A stretch of 64,000 bases of DNA from NCBI GenBank assembly GCA_027484965.1, contig JAIXRY010000008.1, forward strand, positions 1,069-65,068. The letters are read 5' to 3'. A model generated the notes under the pieces. The model did no database searches. It was given only the letters and a program-made list of their open reading frames with translations, and was not told the origin of the DNA. Made by a program: the position numbers and the translations under genes. The stretch comes from a bacterium. Lineage in GTDB: Bacteria; Patescibacteriota; Minisyncoccia; Phycocordibacterales; UBA9973. This document shows, piece after piece, positions 27,877-38,102 of this stretch; within the stretch, counting starts at the first letter, position 1, and each line of letters begins with the position of its first letter.

Positions 27877-28782
27877 ATGGAAGACAATTCTTCAAAAAAA
27901 GATATCGGACAAGATCCAACCTTGCACAATATATTAGTTGAGCAAGGAGGTATTCGCACATACCAAAAAGATCAAAGTGTTGCACTTTCTGGAGAGCAAG
28001 GCGCTCTTGTAAAAGAAACAATACAAAAAGAAAGAGACAAGGAAAAGTTAATAACGACCCAGACACTAAATGCTATAAAAAACAAAGTGTTCTTGATTTT
28101 GTCTCTTGTATTTTTTGTTGGAACAGTTGGTGTGTTTATATATACATACACAATATATAAAAAAGATAATGTAGTTGTTATTCAAACAATACAAAAACTA
28201 CCCCTTATTTCTTTTGAAAATGAATTACCTAGTGTTGCACTACCTACAACAAAAGAACTTTTAGCTTCTTATATAGGAGAAAATATTTCAAAATTAAAAA
28301 ATGAAGAAAACAGTACTCTTCGTTTTACTTTTGGAGAAAATAATACCATCAATACACAGACAGCAGAATTACTTTCACTATTTAATGAAAAACAAAAAAA
28401 CACTTGGGGAACACTCAATTTAGGGGATTTTGAAATTGGACTTATTTATAAAAATAACATGACTTCAAAATTTATACTCATAAAAACAGATGGGAGTGAT
28501 GATGTGTACAAAAAATTTAGCTCATGGGAAGAAACAATTTCGACAGACATAGCTCCTATTTTTTCTATAAGCGAAACAACATTAAACAATAAAAAATCAG
28601 TATGGAAAGACTCTTTATACGAAAATATTGATTTCAAAACTTATACCGATGAAAATGGAGAAGTTCTTCTTATTAAAGGGTTTTTAACCTCAAAAGTATT
28701 TGTGATTACAGATAATCCTGATTCAATTTTATATCTTTTGTCACTTATTAGACTTGAACACAGGCGAGACCTTGTACAATAA
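27877..28782 (+). CDS. Orphan single-pass membrane protein with a large extracytoplasmic domain
   Basis: One hydrophobic helix, VFLILSLVFFVGTVGVFIYTY. Confidence 0.35.
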   Translation: MEDNSSKKDIGQDPTLHNILVEQGGIRTYQKDQSVALSGEQGALVKETIQKERDKEKLITTQTLNAIKNKVFLILSLVFFVGTVGVFIYTYTIYKKDNVVVIQTIQKLPLISFENELPSVALPTTKELLASYIGENISKLKNEENSTLRFTFGENNTINTQTAELLSLFNEKQKNTWGTLNLGDFEIGLIYKNNMTSKFILIKTDGSDDVYKKFSSWEETISTDIAPIFSISETTLNNKKSVWKDSLYENIDFKTYTDENGEVLLIKGFLTSKVFVITDNPDSILYLLSLIRLEHRRDLVQ

Positions 28783-28800
28783 TTTAGAGTATGATATGGT

Positions 28801-29169
28801 TTGTTCATTATGAAATTAGACTTAAAACATTTCAAAGAAAAGTTAGAGGAAGAGAAGTATCAGTTAGAACAACGTTTAAATGATATTGCTATTTTTAACA
28901 AAGCAACAGATACATGGGAATCAATTCCAGAATCTCAAGAAGGTCCAGAATCAGACCCAAATGACCTAGCTGACCGTCTTGAAGACTTTGAAGAGAGAAG
29001 TGTAATGGTAAGAACATTTTCTTCAAAATTAAAGGATGTTTTAGATGCTCTGGAGAAAATTGAAAGTGGTAAGTACGGTATTTGTGAAATCTCAGGAGAA
29101 GAAATAGAAGTAGCGCGCCTTGAAGCGAATCCTGCAGCAAGAACAAATAAAGAAAATAGAAATAACTAA
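28801..29169 (+). CDS. DksA/TraR-family-like protein with a degenerate (cysteine-poor) zinc finger
   Basis: Coiled-coil N-region plus C-terminal YGICEISGEEIEVARLEANPAART, matching the DksA C4 finger region (CExCGxxIxxxRLxAxPxA) with Cys replaced. Possible start at 28810. Confidence 0.45.
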   Translation: MFIMKLDLKHFKEKLEEEKYQLEQRLNDIAIFNKATDTWESIPESQEGPESDPNDLADRLEDFEERSVMVRTFSSKLKDVLDALEKIESGKYGICEISGEEIEVARLEANPAARTNKENRNN

Positions 29170-29172
29170 TAT

Positions 29173-29205
29173 AAAAAACTCACACGTTGTTGTGAGTTTT
29201 TTATT
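29173..29205 (+). terminator. Intrinsic terminator
   Basis: aaaaaactcacacgttgttgtgagtttttt. Confidence 0.7.
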
Positions 29206-29218
29206 ATACAATTTAAAT

Positions 29219-30751
29219 ATGTCTTTTATTAAAATAAAAAGCGCTCAAAATAATTTCTTACATGCTTCACTTATAGATGTAGAGATTGATACGACAAGAG
29301 GATTAAATAGCTTTTCTATTGTTGGTCTACCTGATAAAGCGATTGAAGAATCCAAGGATAGAGTCTCTGGCGCAATAAAAAATTCTGGTTTTTCTTCTCC
29401 AAAAAATTCAAACATCAAAACAATTGTTTCACTTGTTCCTTCAGAAATTAAAAAGGAGGGAAATTATTTTGATGTTGCCATTGCCCTTGGATATTTACTT
29501 TCAACAGAACAAATAGAAATTATTACAGATAACAAGTTGTTTGTAGGAGCTTTATCTCTCAATGGAGATATAGAACCTGTGAGAGGAATTTTATCGATAG
29601 CACTTCTTGCAAAACGTCATGGATTAGAGCTTTTTATTTCAGAGAAGAACACAAAAGAAGCTTGTCTTGTGGAGGGGGTGAGTATATACGGAGTAAAAAA
29701 TCTAAAAGAACTTATGCAAGCGCTAGATGTAAAAAATGAAAGTAAAGTTATTTTAGAAAAATGCCCGCCCACAGAAATACTTTCAGACAATACAAACACC
29801 CAGACAGTGGATATGTCTGAAATCAGAGAACAACAAACAGCAAAACGAGCTCTCGAAATTGCAGCTGCAGGTGGACACAATATTGCACTTTTTGGACCAC
29901 CAGGAACAGGCAAAACAATGCTTGCGCGCGCATTTCAAGGAATACTTCCAGAACTAACAAAAGATATGATTCTTGAAGTAACTAGTATTTATTCAATGAG
30001 TGGAGCAATTGAACATGGTGAAATTATAAAAAATCCTCCATTTCGGTCACCACATCACACATCGAGTTATGTCTCTATTATTGGAGGAGGAGCGAGTCCA
30101 AAACCAGGAGAAGTAACCCTTGCACATCGTGGAGTGCTCTTCTTGGATGAATTTCCTGAATTTGAAAAGAAGGTTTTAGAATCACTCAGACAACCCATTG
30201 AAGACAGGATTGTAACAGTGTCGCGCGCGAAAGGTACAGTCTCGTTTCCTTCAAATTTTATACTCGTTGGAGCAATGAATCCTTGTCCTTGTGGATACAA
30301 AGGTTCGAAACAAAGAAAATGCACTTGCACTCAAAATGATATTGTAAGATATGAAAGAAAGCTTTCAGGACCGATTCTCGACCGTATTGATATGTGGATT
30401 TATGTAGGGGAAGTATCTTATGACACACTTGGGAAAATAGGATTTGAGGGAGAAAATAGCACAGCAATAAAAGAAAGAATTAATAATTCTAGAAAAGTAC
30501 AAAAAAATCGATTTAAGGATAGTAGAACAAATAGTGACATAAAAACAAAAGAATTGTATCGCGTCGCGCCATTATCTAAAGACGTAGTAGAAATATTAAA
30601 CAAAAGTGCCGAGCAATTGAAACTTTCTGCTCGCGCATATCATAGAGTCATCAAAATAGCTCGAACAATTGCCGATTTAGACGAAAAAGACGCCATTGAA
30701 ATTAATCACATCTTGGAAGCGTTACAGTATAGACCTAAAATAAGTTCTTAA
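29219..30751 (+). CDS. comM: Mg-chelatase-like AAA+ ATPase ComM/YifB family
   Basis: N-terminal Lon-like domain (MSFIKIKSAQNNFLHASLIDVEID), Walker A LFGPPGTGKTML, Walker B VLFLDEFPEF, C-terminal Mg-chelatase domain. Start moved from 29120 (which overlaps the preceding terminator). Confidence 0.85.
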   Translation: MSFIKIKSAQNNFLHASLIDVEIDTTRGLNSFSIVGLPDKAIEESKDRVSGAIKNSGFSSPKNSNIKTIVSLVPSEIKKEGNYFDVAIALGYLLSTEQIEIITDNKLFVGALSLNGDIEPVRGILSIALLAKRHGLELFISEKNTKEACLVEGVSIYGVKNLKELMQALDVKNESKVILEKCPPTEILSDNTNTQTVDMSEIREQQTAKRALEIAAAGGHNIALFGPPGTGKTMLARAFQGILPELTKDMILEVTSIYSMSGAIEHGEIIKNPPFRSPHHTSSYVSIIGGGASPKPGEVTLAHRGVLFLDEFPEFEKKVLESLRQPIEDRIVTVSRAKGTVSFPSNFILVGAMNPCPCGYKGSKQRKCTCTQNDIVRYERKLSGPILDRIDMWIYVGEVSYDTLGKIGFEGENSTAIKERINNSRKVQKNRFKDSRTNSDIKTKELYRVAPLSKDVVEILNKSAEQLKLSARAYHRVIKIARTIADLDEKDAIEINHILEALQYRPKISS

Positions 30752-30776
30752 GATAATCTATTTACAGATAAAAAAA

Positions 30777-30820
30777 TAAATACAAAAGGTGGAGCCCTTC
30801 GGGCTCCACCTTTTGTATTT
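30777..30820. terminator. Bidirectional intrinsic terminator
   Basis: caaaaggtggagcccttcgggctccaccttttg. Confidence 0.75.
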
Positions 30821-30829
30821 AAAATATTT

Positions 30830-31888
30830 TTAGAATGGATTCTTCGCTCCTCTAATTTCAAAGTGTATATGATTACCTGTAGATCTTCCAGTAGAACCAA
30901 CAGTTCCTATAACTTGACCTTGTTCTACATTCTCACCAACACTTACAAAGTTTTTTGTATTGTGCGCATAAAGAGTTTGTGTTCCGTTGTCGTGAGATAT
31001 AACGATATAGTTACCATAACCACCACCATAAGTCCCACTTGAACTAATAATAACCCTTCCAGAAGCCGAGGCACGAATAGATGTTCCTGCTGGAGCTGCG
31101 ATATCTATTCCATTAAATCCATGCAAACCTTGAGATTTTCTTCCTCCTACAATTGGACGAATGTAGTAACCAGAAGCTTCTTTTGCATTTGTTCCCCAAG
31201 TTTTCTCTTTTTTATTACGTTTTCCACTATTTGAAGGATTGTTTTTCTTAACAGGAACTTGGGCTACAATTTCTCCATCTGGGAGAATAAGAGTATCTCC
31301 AACAGCAAGTCTACTTTCTTCTGTAATACCATTGAAAAGACCAACGTCTCCAATATCAGCCTTGAATTTCTTGGTAATAGAAGCTAGAGTGTCACCCTTT
31401 TTGACAGTATAACGTATACCAGAGACTGGAAGTATCACCAAAGTATCGCCTTCTTTTAGACTTGTACCTGATTTTATATCATTTGCCCAAATAATAGTAT
31501 TAACTGAAACATCAAACAAATCAGCAACAGTCTTGAGAGTGTCACCCTTTTTAATAACGTACAGACTAATAGTATCTGATTCTGGGTAGTAGAAATCAAC
31601 ATCAGCCGTTGTTCCAAGCGGTCCTACTTCTGTTTTTAATGCATTACTCTCAACAGAAATATCAGATTCTGATCCGCCTGTTGACTGGAGTGCATTTGCT
31701 TGCAAAAGTGAGATATTTTGGGAATTTTCATCAGAAACTTCTTCTTTTTGAGCTCCAAACATATTAGAGAAAAAAGAACCAATACCAGCTTCTGCTTTTA
31801 TTGGGGTTCCAAAATAAAAAACCAAAATAAGCACAGAAATGCCTAAAAAGAGGTTTTTGTATGACAGATTCTTTGATTCAGAGGGCAA
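30830..31888 (-). CDS. LysM-domain M23 family metallopeptidase (secreted cell-wall hydrolase)
   Basis: Signal anchor; two LysM repeats (YVIKKGDTLKTVADLF..., YTVKKGDTLASITKKF...); M23 catalytic core HxxxD...HIHFE (GIDIAAPAGTSI...GNHIHFEI). Confidence 0.85.
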   Translation of the reverse strand: MPSESKNLSYKNLFLGISVLILVFYFGTPIKAEAGIGSFFSNMFGAQKEEVSDENSQNISLLQANALQSTGGSESDISVESNALKTEVGPLGTTADVDFYYPESDTISLYVIKKGDTLKTVADLFDVSVNTIIWANDIKSGTSLKEGDTLVILPVSGIRYTVKKGDTLASITKKFKADIGDVGLFNGITEESRLAVGDTLILPDGEIVAQVPVKKNNPSNSGKRNKKEKTWGTNAKEASGYYIRPIVGGRKSQGLHGFNGIDIAAPAGTSIRASASGRVIISSSGTYGGGYGNYIVISHDNGTQTLYAHNTKNFVSVGENVEQGQVIGTVGSTGRSTGNHIHFEIRGAKNPF

Positions 31889-32190
31889 TCTAGAAGAATC
31901 TTTTGTGTTTTGAGTATAAATAAAAACAAGTTTAATAGATACATATCACGACCTTATGCTTGATATATATCAGTTACAATCGTCTCGGAAAATTCAGAAT
32001 CCTTATAAAACAAGGTTATTTTCATATCAGAAGAAGCAGAAATGAGCTTTAGAAGCTCTTATATATAAGCATAGCAAGTAGAGAATTATGGTCAAGGGTA
32101 CAAAAAATCAAAACACATAGTTATTAATTAGACAAATACTGTGTAAATAGTATAATTTAAGCATTACTTTACATAACATAAATTTATATC

Positions 32191-35100
32191 ATGAGTGAAC
32201 CAAAACCAGGAAGTACTGAGTGGTACAATCTTCAAGCTAAAAAAATTAATGAGAGCGTCGGAGACTTTCCTCCACTTGAAAAAACCCCAGAATCTGAGGA
32301 CAAAGATCATGTAGCGGAAAAGAATGAAGAAAATTCTGAGGCCGTTATATCTGAAGTCGAAACATCAAAAACAGAAGAGAAAAAGAAAAAATGGTTGAAA
32401 GAGAAGCTCAGGGAGATATTCGACGCCAAGAAAGACAATCCAAAAAACAAATCAGAAACCATAGAAGAAGAGGGCGTGCGCAAAGCAAAAGAATATAGAG
32501 AAAAAATTGAGGAGAGAGTACAAAATAAGTACGGCAAATTCATGCACGTAAATGAAGATGGTACTCTACCCGAAGGCAATATTAGTCCCGAAATGTTCAA
32601 GGAATTATCTGATGGTCAAATTCTTCTTCTTGAACAGCGCCTAGATGGACAACGCGCATCATATGCAAAACAGATCGCCCGAGAGAAATATATTGATGAT
32701 GCTGAAGCGGCAAAGACCGCCGGATTGTGGAAAAAGATTAAAACTCAGGTCGGCAAGCATGGCATAATTGCTAAATATGAAGAGGAAGCACTTAAGGATA
32801 CTGAAAATGCAGTAGACGTCTCACTTACATTCGACACAATTAAAAATAAGGAGGTATTAGTGCGTGATGGTAAGCCAGAAATCAACTATAATGCAATCCT
32901 TGGCGTATCTTCTGATTATCCAGACTTCTTAAATACAGCGAACAAACTTGCAAATATGTCTTATGACGCAACTGTCGACACCTCTTCAAAAAGAGAGCAC
33001 GAAACTTTTAAGAGGTTAGAAAAAAAATTTGAGATGGAAAAACATGAGATGTTAGAAACTCTCAAAGAATACTACAGTGAAAACGAAGCGATGGAACGCA
33101 TGCGCCAAGTAGAAAATGAAATAGAAATGGATCGTGTTCTCGATGGTAATCAATTACTTGCACGCAAAATAAATAGCACTATACATTCATCAACATGGAT
33201 AAAAAGTATTGGTGGATGGGCTAGGGATAACAAAATGGGATATGCTGCTATGGGTGCCGGAGTCCGTGCGGGTCTTAAAGCTACTGCTGTGATGGGAGGA
33301 TTGACTGCAACAGGAGCGTCACTCCTCGCCGCTCCACTTATTGGTCTAGGTGTTGGTTATTTACGCGGTAAAGCAAAGGCTCAAGATACTCTTAGTGATG
33401 ACCTCAAATTGGTCCGCAATTCTGACAAAAAACAAAAAGGATTAGTTAATGATGGAGCTACCGATGGTCGTCGAGACCTATTTACCAGTGTAGACCAACA
33501 AAAAAGCCGCATGGAAAGTTTGATTGGAAAGATAAATAAAACTGGTAACTTTACCGAAAATCTCTCCTTGCGCAATCAACTCAAGAACCGCCTCGACTTC
33601 GCCCGAGAGAAATTAGAAAGCGGTCATATGTCTTTCGGTAAAGGTAAGGAGGCCTTCGCCAACAAATACGAATTTTATAAAATACTTGATGAAGCAGCAG
33701 TAACACTCGCGCTTAATGACGAGGAAGCACAGGAAAAGTTCAATGAGAATATTGAACGAATCTTCGGCTACGACACAGACAAGAATCCAGAAGAAAACAG
33801 CGCTGATGCGCGTTATCAAGTACGCGTAAATAATTTACAAAATACTACCAGTGAACACGAAAAAGTTATTTCATTAAGGGAAAAAGATTACGTTATCCGA
33901 CAAGCGAAACGTTCCGCAAAGACTGCAGCACTCTTTGGTCTTGGTGGTGCGGCAGTAACTTCAGCGGCAATTCATATTGCAGAAAATATTCCTGCTTTCG
34001 GCCACATGAAAGATTGGATAGCTGGTTTAGGAGGTAAAGCAGAAACAACAGAGACTACAAAAATTATTGATAAAGAATCAGTCGCAGGAGGTAGTACGGT
34101 TCCAAAAGGTTGGTCACAAGAAAAACCAGATTGGGCAAAAGAACCAGTTCGACCAGATTACAATCCAAAACTACGAAGTGATGAAGATGTTAGAAATGAA
34201 TTATTAGGATCTCTTGCTCTTGTACAAAAAGGTGATGGAGTAACAAACCCTCTCGCGCGCCAAATAGAAGAGATGTTGAAAAATCCAGAACAAGCAAAAA
34301 GTCTTGGATTTGATGGAAAAAATCCTCACAAATTTGCACTCAAGAAAGCAGCCGAACTTGCAAAAGAATATGGATACATCAAACCAGATGGAAGCGAGGT
34401 AAGACTTGGGGCAAATTCCATAGATCACGCTTCTTACGAAGTAAAGATGTTCGATGGAAAACTTGCAGTTAACGAAACTTTTGATGGTAAAGATATGACA
34501 GAAGGTAATATTGATAAAGAATATGAATATTCATACAAAAAAGAACCAAAAGTCTCCACACCTTCTGAAGAAGAAATAGTAAAAGTTCCTACAAACAAAT
34601 CTAATATAAAACCTGACTTCAAATTCCTCCAAGATAAAAATAATCCTGAATGGATTGAGGCAAACAAACCAACGATAGACGGGGAAACAAAACTCGCTCA
34701 AGACATAATTAAAGACAAGAATAATCATTTGGGGCAAGAATTACAGAAGTATCATGACTATGTGAAAGCCGAGACTGGTAAAGATATAGCAGTGAAGTCA
34801 GACGACACTCCAGAAACATACAAAAAGTCTCTTGATGAAGCACTCAAATCTTCTGGAAAAAAGATTCCCACAGAAACTATTGAGAATATAAAAACAAAAA
34901 ATCCAGACAAAATTACAAATATTGAAAAACCAATTATAAAATCAACTGAATTAATTAAACAAGAAGATATTGATTTGTACAAAGAACAATATGAAAATGG
35001 TTTTGGAGAAAAAATACATAAAGAACTATCATATTTTATTAGAGAAGGTGCAATTGATAACTTACGTACATTGAAAAATGTTAAACAAGAAAATATAGAC

Positions 35101-35508
35101 GATACGTACAATAATATAGTAGACAATATGTTTTCAGTTTATAAACCAATAGGAAGTGCCGTTAACAAAGAAGACATTCTTGAAGTAAGAAGTATGCAAA
35201 GTACTAGAATTGGTTTTGTTAAATATCTTAAACTTAAAAAAGAAATTAATCCTTTATATAAAATATTTAATGAAGAAAAAGCTATAAATATTCTTTCTAA
35301 TAAAAAATACAGTTATTTAGTACAAAATATTACCGATATTAGAAAGTATATCAGCTTAAGTGAAGGTGTCGACGATATCCCACCAAACAACAATGAAACT
35401 TGTTCACAATATGTAAAAAGACTAGTAGATCAACTCGCAACAAAAAGTGGAAAAGAGTTAGATGATTTAGAATTTATTAGAAAAAAGTTTGAAGAAGAAT
35501 TTAAATAA
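32191..35508 (+). CDS. Very large orphan membrane protein (1105 aa) with acidic coiled-coil regions and two hydrophobic hairpins
   Basis: No signal peptide. Hydrophobic segments GYAAMGAGVRAGLKATAVMGGLTATGASLLAAPLIGLGVGYL and TAALFGLGGAAVTSAAIHIA. Otherwise E/K-rich. Confidence 0.4.
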   Translation: MSEPKPGSTEWYNLQAKKINESVGDFPPLEKTPESEDKDHVAEKNEENSEAVISEVETSKTEEKKKKWLKEKLREIFDAKKDNPKNKSETIEEEGVRKAKEYREKIEERVQNKYGKFMHVNEDGTLPEGNISPEMFKELSDGQILLLEQRLDGQRASYAKQIAREKYIDDAEAAKTAGLWKKIKTQVGKHGIIAKYEEEALKDTENAVDVSLTFDTIKNKEVLVRDGKPEINYNAILGVSSDYPDFLNTANKLANMSYDATVDTSSKREHETFKRLEKKFEMEKHEMLETLKEYYSENEAMERMRQVENEIEMDRVLDGNQLLARKINSTIHSSTWIKSIGGWARDNKMGYAAMGAGVRAGLKATAVMGGLTATGASLLAAPLIGLGVGYLRGKAKAQDTLSDDLKLVRNSDKKQKGLVNDGATDGRRDLFTSVDQQKSRMESLIGKINKTGNFTENLSLRNQLKNRLDFAREKLESGHMSFGKGKEAFANKYEFYKILDEAAVTLALNDEEAQEKFNENIERIFGYDTDKNPEENSADARYQVRVNNLQNTTSEHEKVISLREKDYVIRQAKRSAKTAALFGLGGAAVTSAAIHIAENIPAFGHMKDWIAGLGGKAETTETTKIIDKESVAGGSTVPKGWSQEKPDWAKEPVRPDYNPKLRSDEDVRNELLGSLALVQKGDGVTNPLARQIEEMLKNPEQAKSLGFDGKNPHKFALKKAAELAKEYGYIKPDGSEVRLGANSIDHASYEVKMFDGKLAVNETFDGKDMTEGNIDKEYEYSYKKEPKVSTPSEEEIVKVPTNKSNIKPDFKFLQDKNNPEWIEANKPTIDGETKLAQDIIKDKNNHLGQELQKYHDYVKAETGKDIAVKSDDTPETYKKSLDEALKSSGKKIPTETIENIKTKNPDKITNIEKPIIKSTELIKQEDIDLYKEQYENGFGEKIHKELSYFIREGAIDNLRTLKNVKQENIDDTYNNIVDNMFSVYKPIGSAVNKEDILEVRSMQSTRIGFVKYLKLKKEINPLYKIFNEEKAINILSNKKYSYLVQNITDIRKYISLSEGVDDIPPNNNETCSQYVKRLVDQLATKSGKELDDLEFIRKKFEEEFK

Positions 35509-35510
35509 AA

Positions 35511-35550
35511 TTAGCCCCGAAACGCATTTGCGTTTCGGGGCTTGTTTTTG
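35511..35550. terminator. Bidirectional intrinsic terminator
   Basis: agccccgaaacgcatttgcgtttcggggct followed by a T-run. Confidence 0.75.
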
Positions 35551-35560
35551 AAAACATTTT

Positions 35561-36064
35561 TTAGAACGTCTTTCCTTGAGAATAGGGAGTAACAGAAGAG
35601 TTTTCTACAGGTAAGTAATTAAGAATCCTCTCAACGTACCCGTTAGGGTACTCTCCATCTAAAGGTGGGAGTTTTGATCCCATAATTGCTTCAGCTCTTC
35701 GCTGAAGATCATTTAAAGCATTCACCATTTTTGATTCTGGTGGATACGGCATATCCGAATTACCTTGTAGCCAAGTGCCATTTCTGGCAAAATGACTATC
35801 GTTCCACTCCCATGTAACAAGAGATATGGATACGACTCCATTTTTAGAAGAGACTTTACCAAACCAGGCATTTACCCAAAGCTTATATGCGTTGGTTGGC
35901 AAATCCTCATCTGAAACACCCATTTGAGATTTGTAAGCTTCAATAAATTTTTGTTGAGGAACTCTTTGAACTTCAGCGGGTAAATAATTCTGATTTTGTG
36001 CGGAAACCCAGTTTCCACACAAGGCTACCAATAAAATGGCCACCAAAACGATTGTTTTTTTCAT
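35561..36064 (-). CDS. Secreted orphan protein (167 aa)
   Basis: Sec signal peptide, MKKTIVLVAILLVALCGNWVSA. Confidence 0.35.
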   Translation of the reverse strand: MKKTIVLVAILLVALCGNWVSAQNQNYLPAEVQRVPQQKFIEAYKSQMGVSDEDLPTNAYKLWVNAWFGKVSSKNGVVSISLVTWEWNDSHFARNGTWLQGNSDMPYPPESKMVNALNDLQRRAEAIMGSKLPPLDGEYPNGYVERILNYLPVENSSVTPYSQGKTF

Positions 36065-36164
36065 TGTACTGTATTTTTTATATTATATACTATATATATA
36101 AAAAAGTCAATAGTATTTTCTTTTCAACTTTGAAAAACAAGCCTTTATTGGTAATATTAGTTTC

Positions 36165-38084
36165 ATGTCTAATTACCTAGAAAGCCTCAATGAACGTCAA
36201 AAAACTGCTGTTTTACACACAGAAGGACCACTTCTCATACTTGCCGGAGCTGGAGCAGGTAAAACAAAGACTCTTACAGCCAGAATTGCTCATTTGATGG
36301 AAAAGGGTGTTCCAGGATACTCAATTCTTGCTATTACATTCACCAACAAAGCCGCAAAAGAAATGCGTAACCGAGCAACAAATCTTATTGAAAAAATTGG
36401 TGGAATGAACTCGATGCCAACAATCGCAACATTCCACTCACTAGGGGTTCGTATACTTCGCGAACAAACAGAAGCTGCTGGACTTAAAAAGGGTTTTGTT
36501 ATTGCTGACGAAAGTGATGCACTATCAATAATCAAACAAGCACTCGCAGATCTATCTATCGACCCAAAACAATACGAACCAAAGAAAATAAAAAATATTA
36601 TTTCTCGTGAAAAAGGCAAAGGTGTGTCTTGGCAAGAATACGAAAGAAAAGCTGAAATATTTTTTCATAAAACTATTGCGCGTATCTGGCAAAAATATGA
36701 AGAAGGATTAAAAAGAGAGAACACTGTAGACTTCGATGATCTTCTTTTGAAAGTGGTAAATCTTTTTGATAATAGAAAAGATATTTTGGAACACTATCAA
36801 GAAAAATTTAAATACATTCACATTGATGAGTACCAAGATACAAATGATATTCAATACAGAATTGCTACGGCTATAGCGGTGAAATATAAAAACATTTGTG
36901 CAGTAGGTGATACAGACCAGACTATTTATAGTTGGCGAGGTGCAAATATTTCAAATATTCTTTCTTTTGAAAAAGATTATAAAGATGCGACAGTTGTACT
37001 TCTCGAGCAAAATTATCGTTCAACAAAAACAATCCTCGCCGCAGCAAACGATATAATAAAAAAGAACACAGAACGCCATGACAAAACTCTCTTCACAGAA
37101 AAACCAGACGGAGAGCAAATAAGTATATTTGAAGGATATGATGAAAATACAGAAGCTGAATTCGTCTCTGATAAAGTCGTAGAGCTTCTAGATAATGGTG
37201 TTCATCCATCAAAAATAGCTATATTATATAGAGCCAATTTCCAATCTCGTGTTATTGAAGATGCGCTTATTCGCAAATCTCTTCCATATCAAGTCCTCGG
37301 TGTAAAGTTCTTTGATCGTAAAGAAGTAAAGGATGTGCTTTCATACCTTCGCGCAGCACACAACCCAGATTCACTTGCAGACATAAAGAGAACTATCAAT
37401 TTCCCAACACGCGGAATAGGTAAGACTACAATCTTAAAAATATTTGCAGGTGAGAGAGGAAGTCTGCCGGCAGGTACAGGAAAAAAAGTTGATGACTATT
37501 ACAAAATGCTCGAAGATATAAAAATATTTAGTGACGAACATCTTCCAAGTGAAACAATTTCTTATATTCTAAAAATTACAGGTATTGAGAAATTCTTAAA
37601 AGATGGGGGAAGTGAAGAATTAGAGAGACTTGGAAACGTTCTCGAGCTTGTGACTCTTGCAATGAAATACGATACTTACAACAAAGAAACAGCTATTGAA
37701 CAACTTCTCGAAGACGCAGCACTTATGAGTGATCAAGACACATTATCGACTGACGACCGCGGTGGTGTGAGACTTATGACAGTTCACGCTTCAAAAGGCT
37801 TGGAATTTCCTTATGTATTTGTTGTGGGACTTGAACATGGACTTTTTCCACTCGAACGCGATGGAGCAACAAGCGCCACTGAAAAGGAGGAGGAGAGGAG
37901 GCTAATGTATGTAGCAGTAACTCGTGCGGAAGAGAAACTTTTTCTTTCTTATACAACGATCCGTACAATATTTGGTTCTCGCCAAATAAATGTACCGTCA
38001 ACATTCCTTTTTGATATAAGAGAAGAACTCACCATGAGAGAGGAGTGGCACACAAACCTTGGGAGGACGATTTATCTTGATTAG
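36165..38084 (+). CDS. pcrA: ATP-dependent DNA helicase UvrD/PcrA family
   Basis: Walker A AGAGAGKTKTLT, motif II DEYQDTN, motif VI VHASKGLEFPYVFVVGLEHGLFP. Confidence 0.9.
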   Translation: MSNYLESLNERQKTAVLHTEGPLLILAGAGAGKTKTLTARIAHLMEKGVPGYSILAITFTNKAAKEMRNRATNLIEKIGGMNSMPTIATFHSLGVRILREQTEAAGLKKGFVIADESDALSIIKQALADLSIDPKQYEPKKIKNIISREKGKGVSWQEYERKAEIFFHKTIARIWQKYEEGLKRENTVDFDDLLLKVVNLFDNRKDILEHYQEKFKYIHIDEYQDTNDIQYRIATAIAVKYKNICAVGDTDQTIYSWRGANISNILSFEKDYKDATVVLLEQNYRSTKTILAAANDIIKKNTERHDKTLFTEKPDGEQISIFEGYDENTEAEFVSDKVVELLDNGVHPSKIAILYRANFQSRVIEDALIRKSLPYQVLGVKFFDRKEVKDVLSYLRAAHNPDSLADIKRTINFPTRGIGKTTILKIFAGERGSLPAGTGKKVDDYYKMLEDIKIFSDEHLPSETISYILKITGIEKFLKDGGSEELERLGNVLELVTLAMKYDTYNKETAIEQLLEDAALMSDQDTLSTDDRGGVRLMTVHASKGLEFPYVFVVGLEHGLFPLERDGATSATEKEEERRLMYVAVTRAEEKLFLSYTTIRTIFGSRQINVPSTFLFDIREELTMREEWHTNLGRTIYLD

Positions 38085-38102
38085 TGTATAGTTAGATTAT
38101 AC

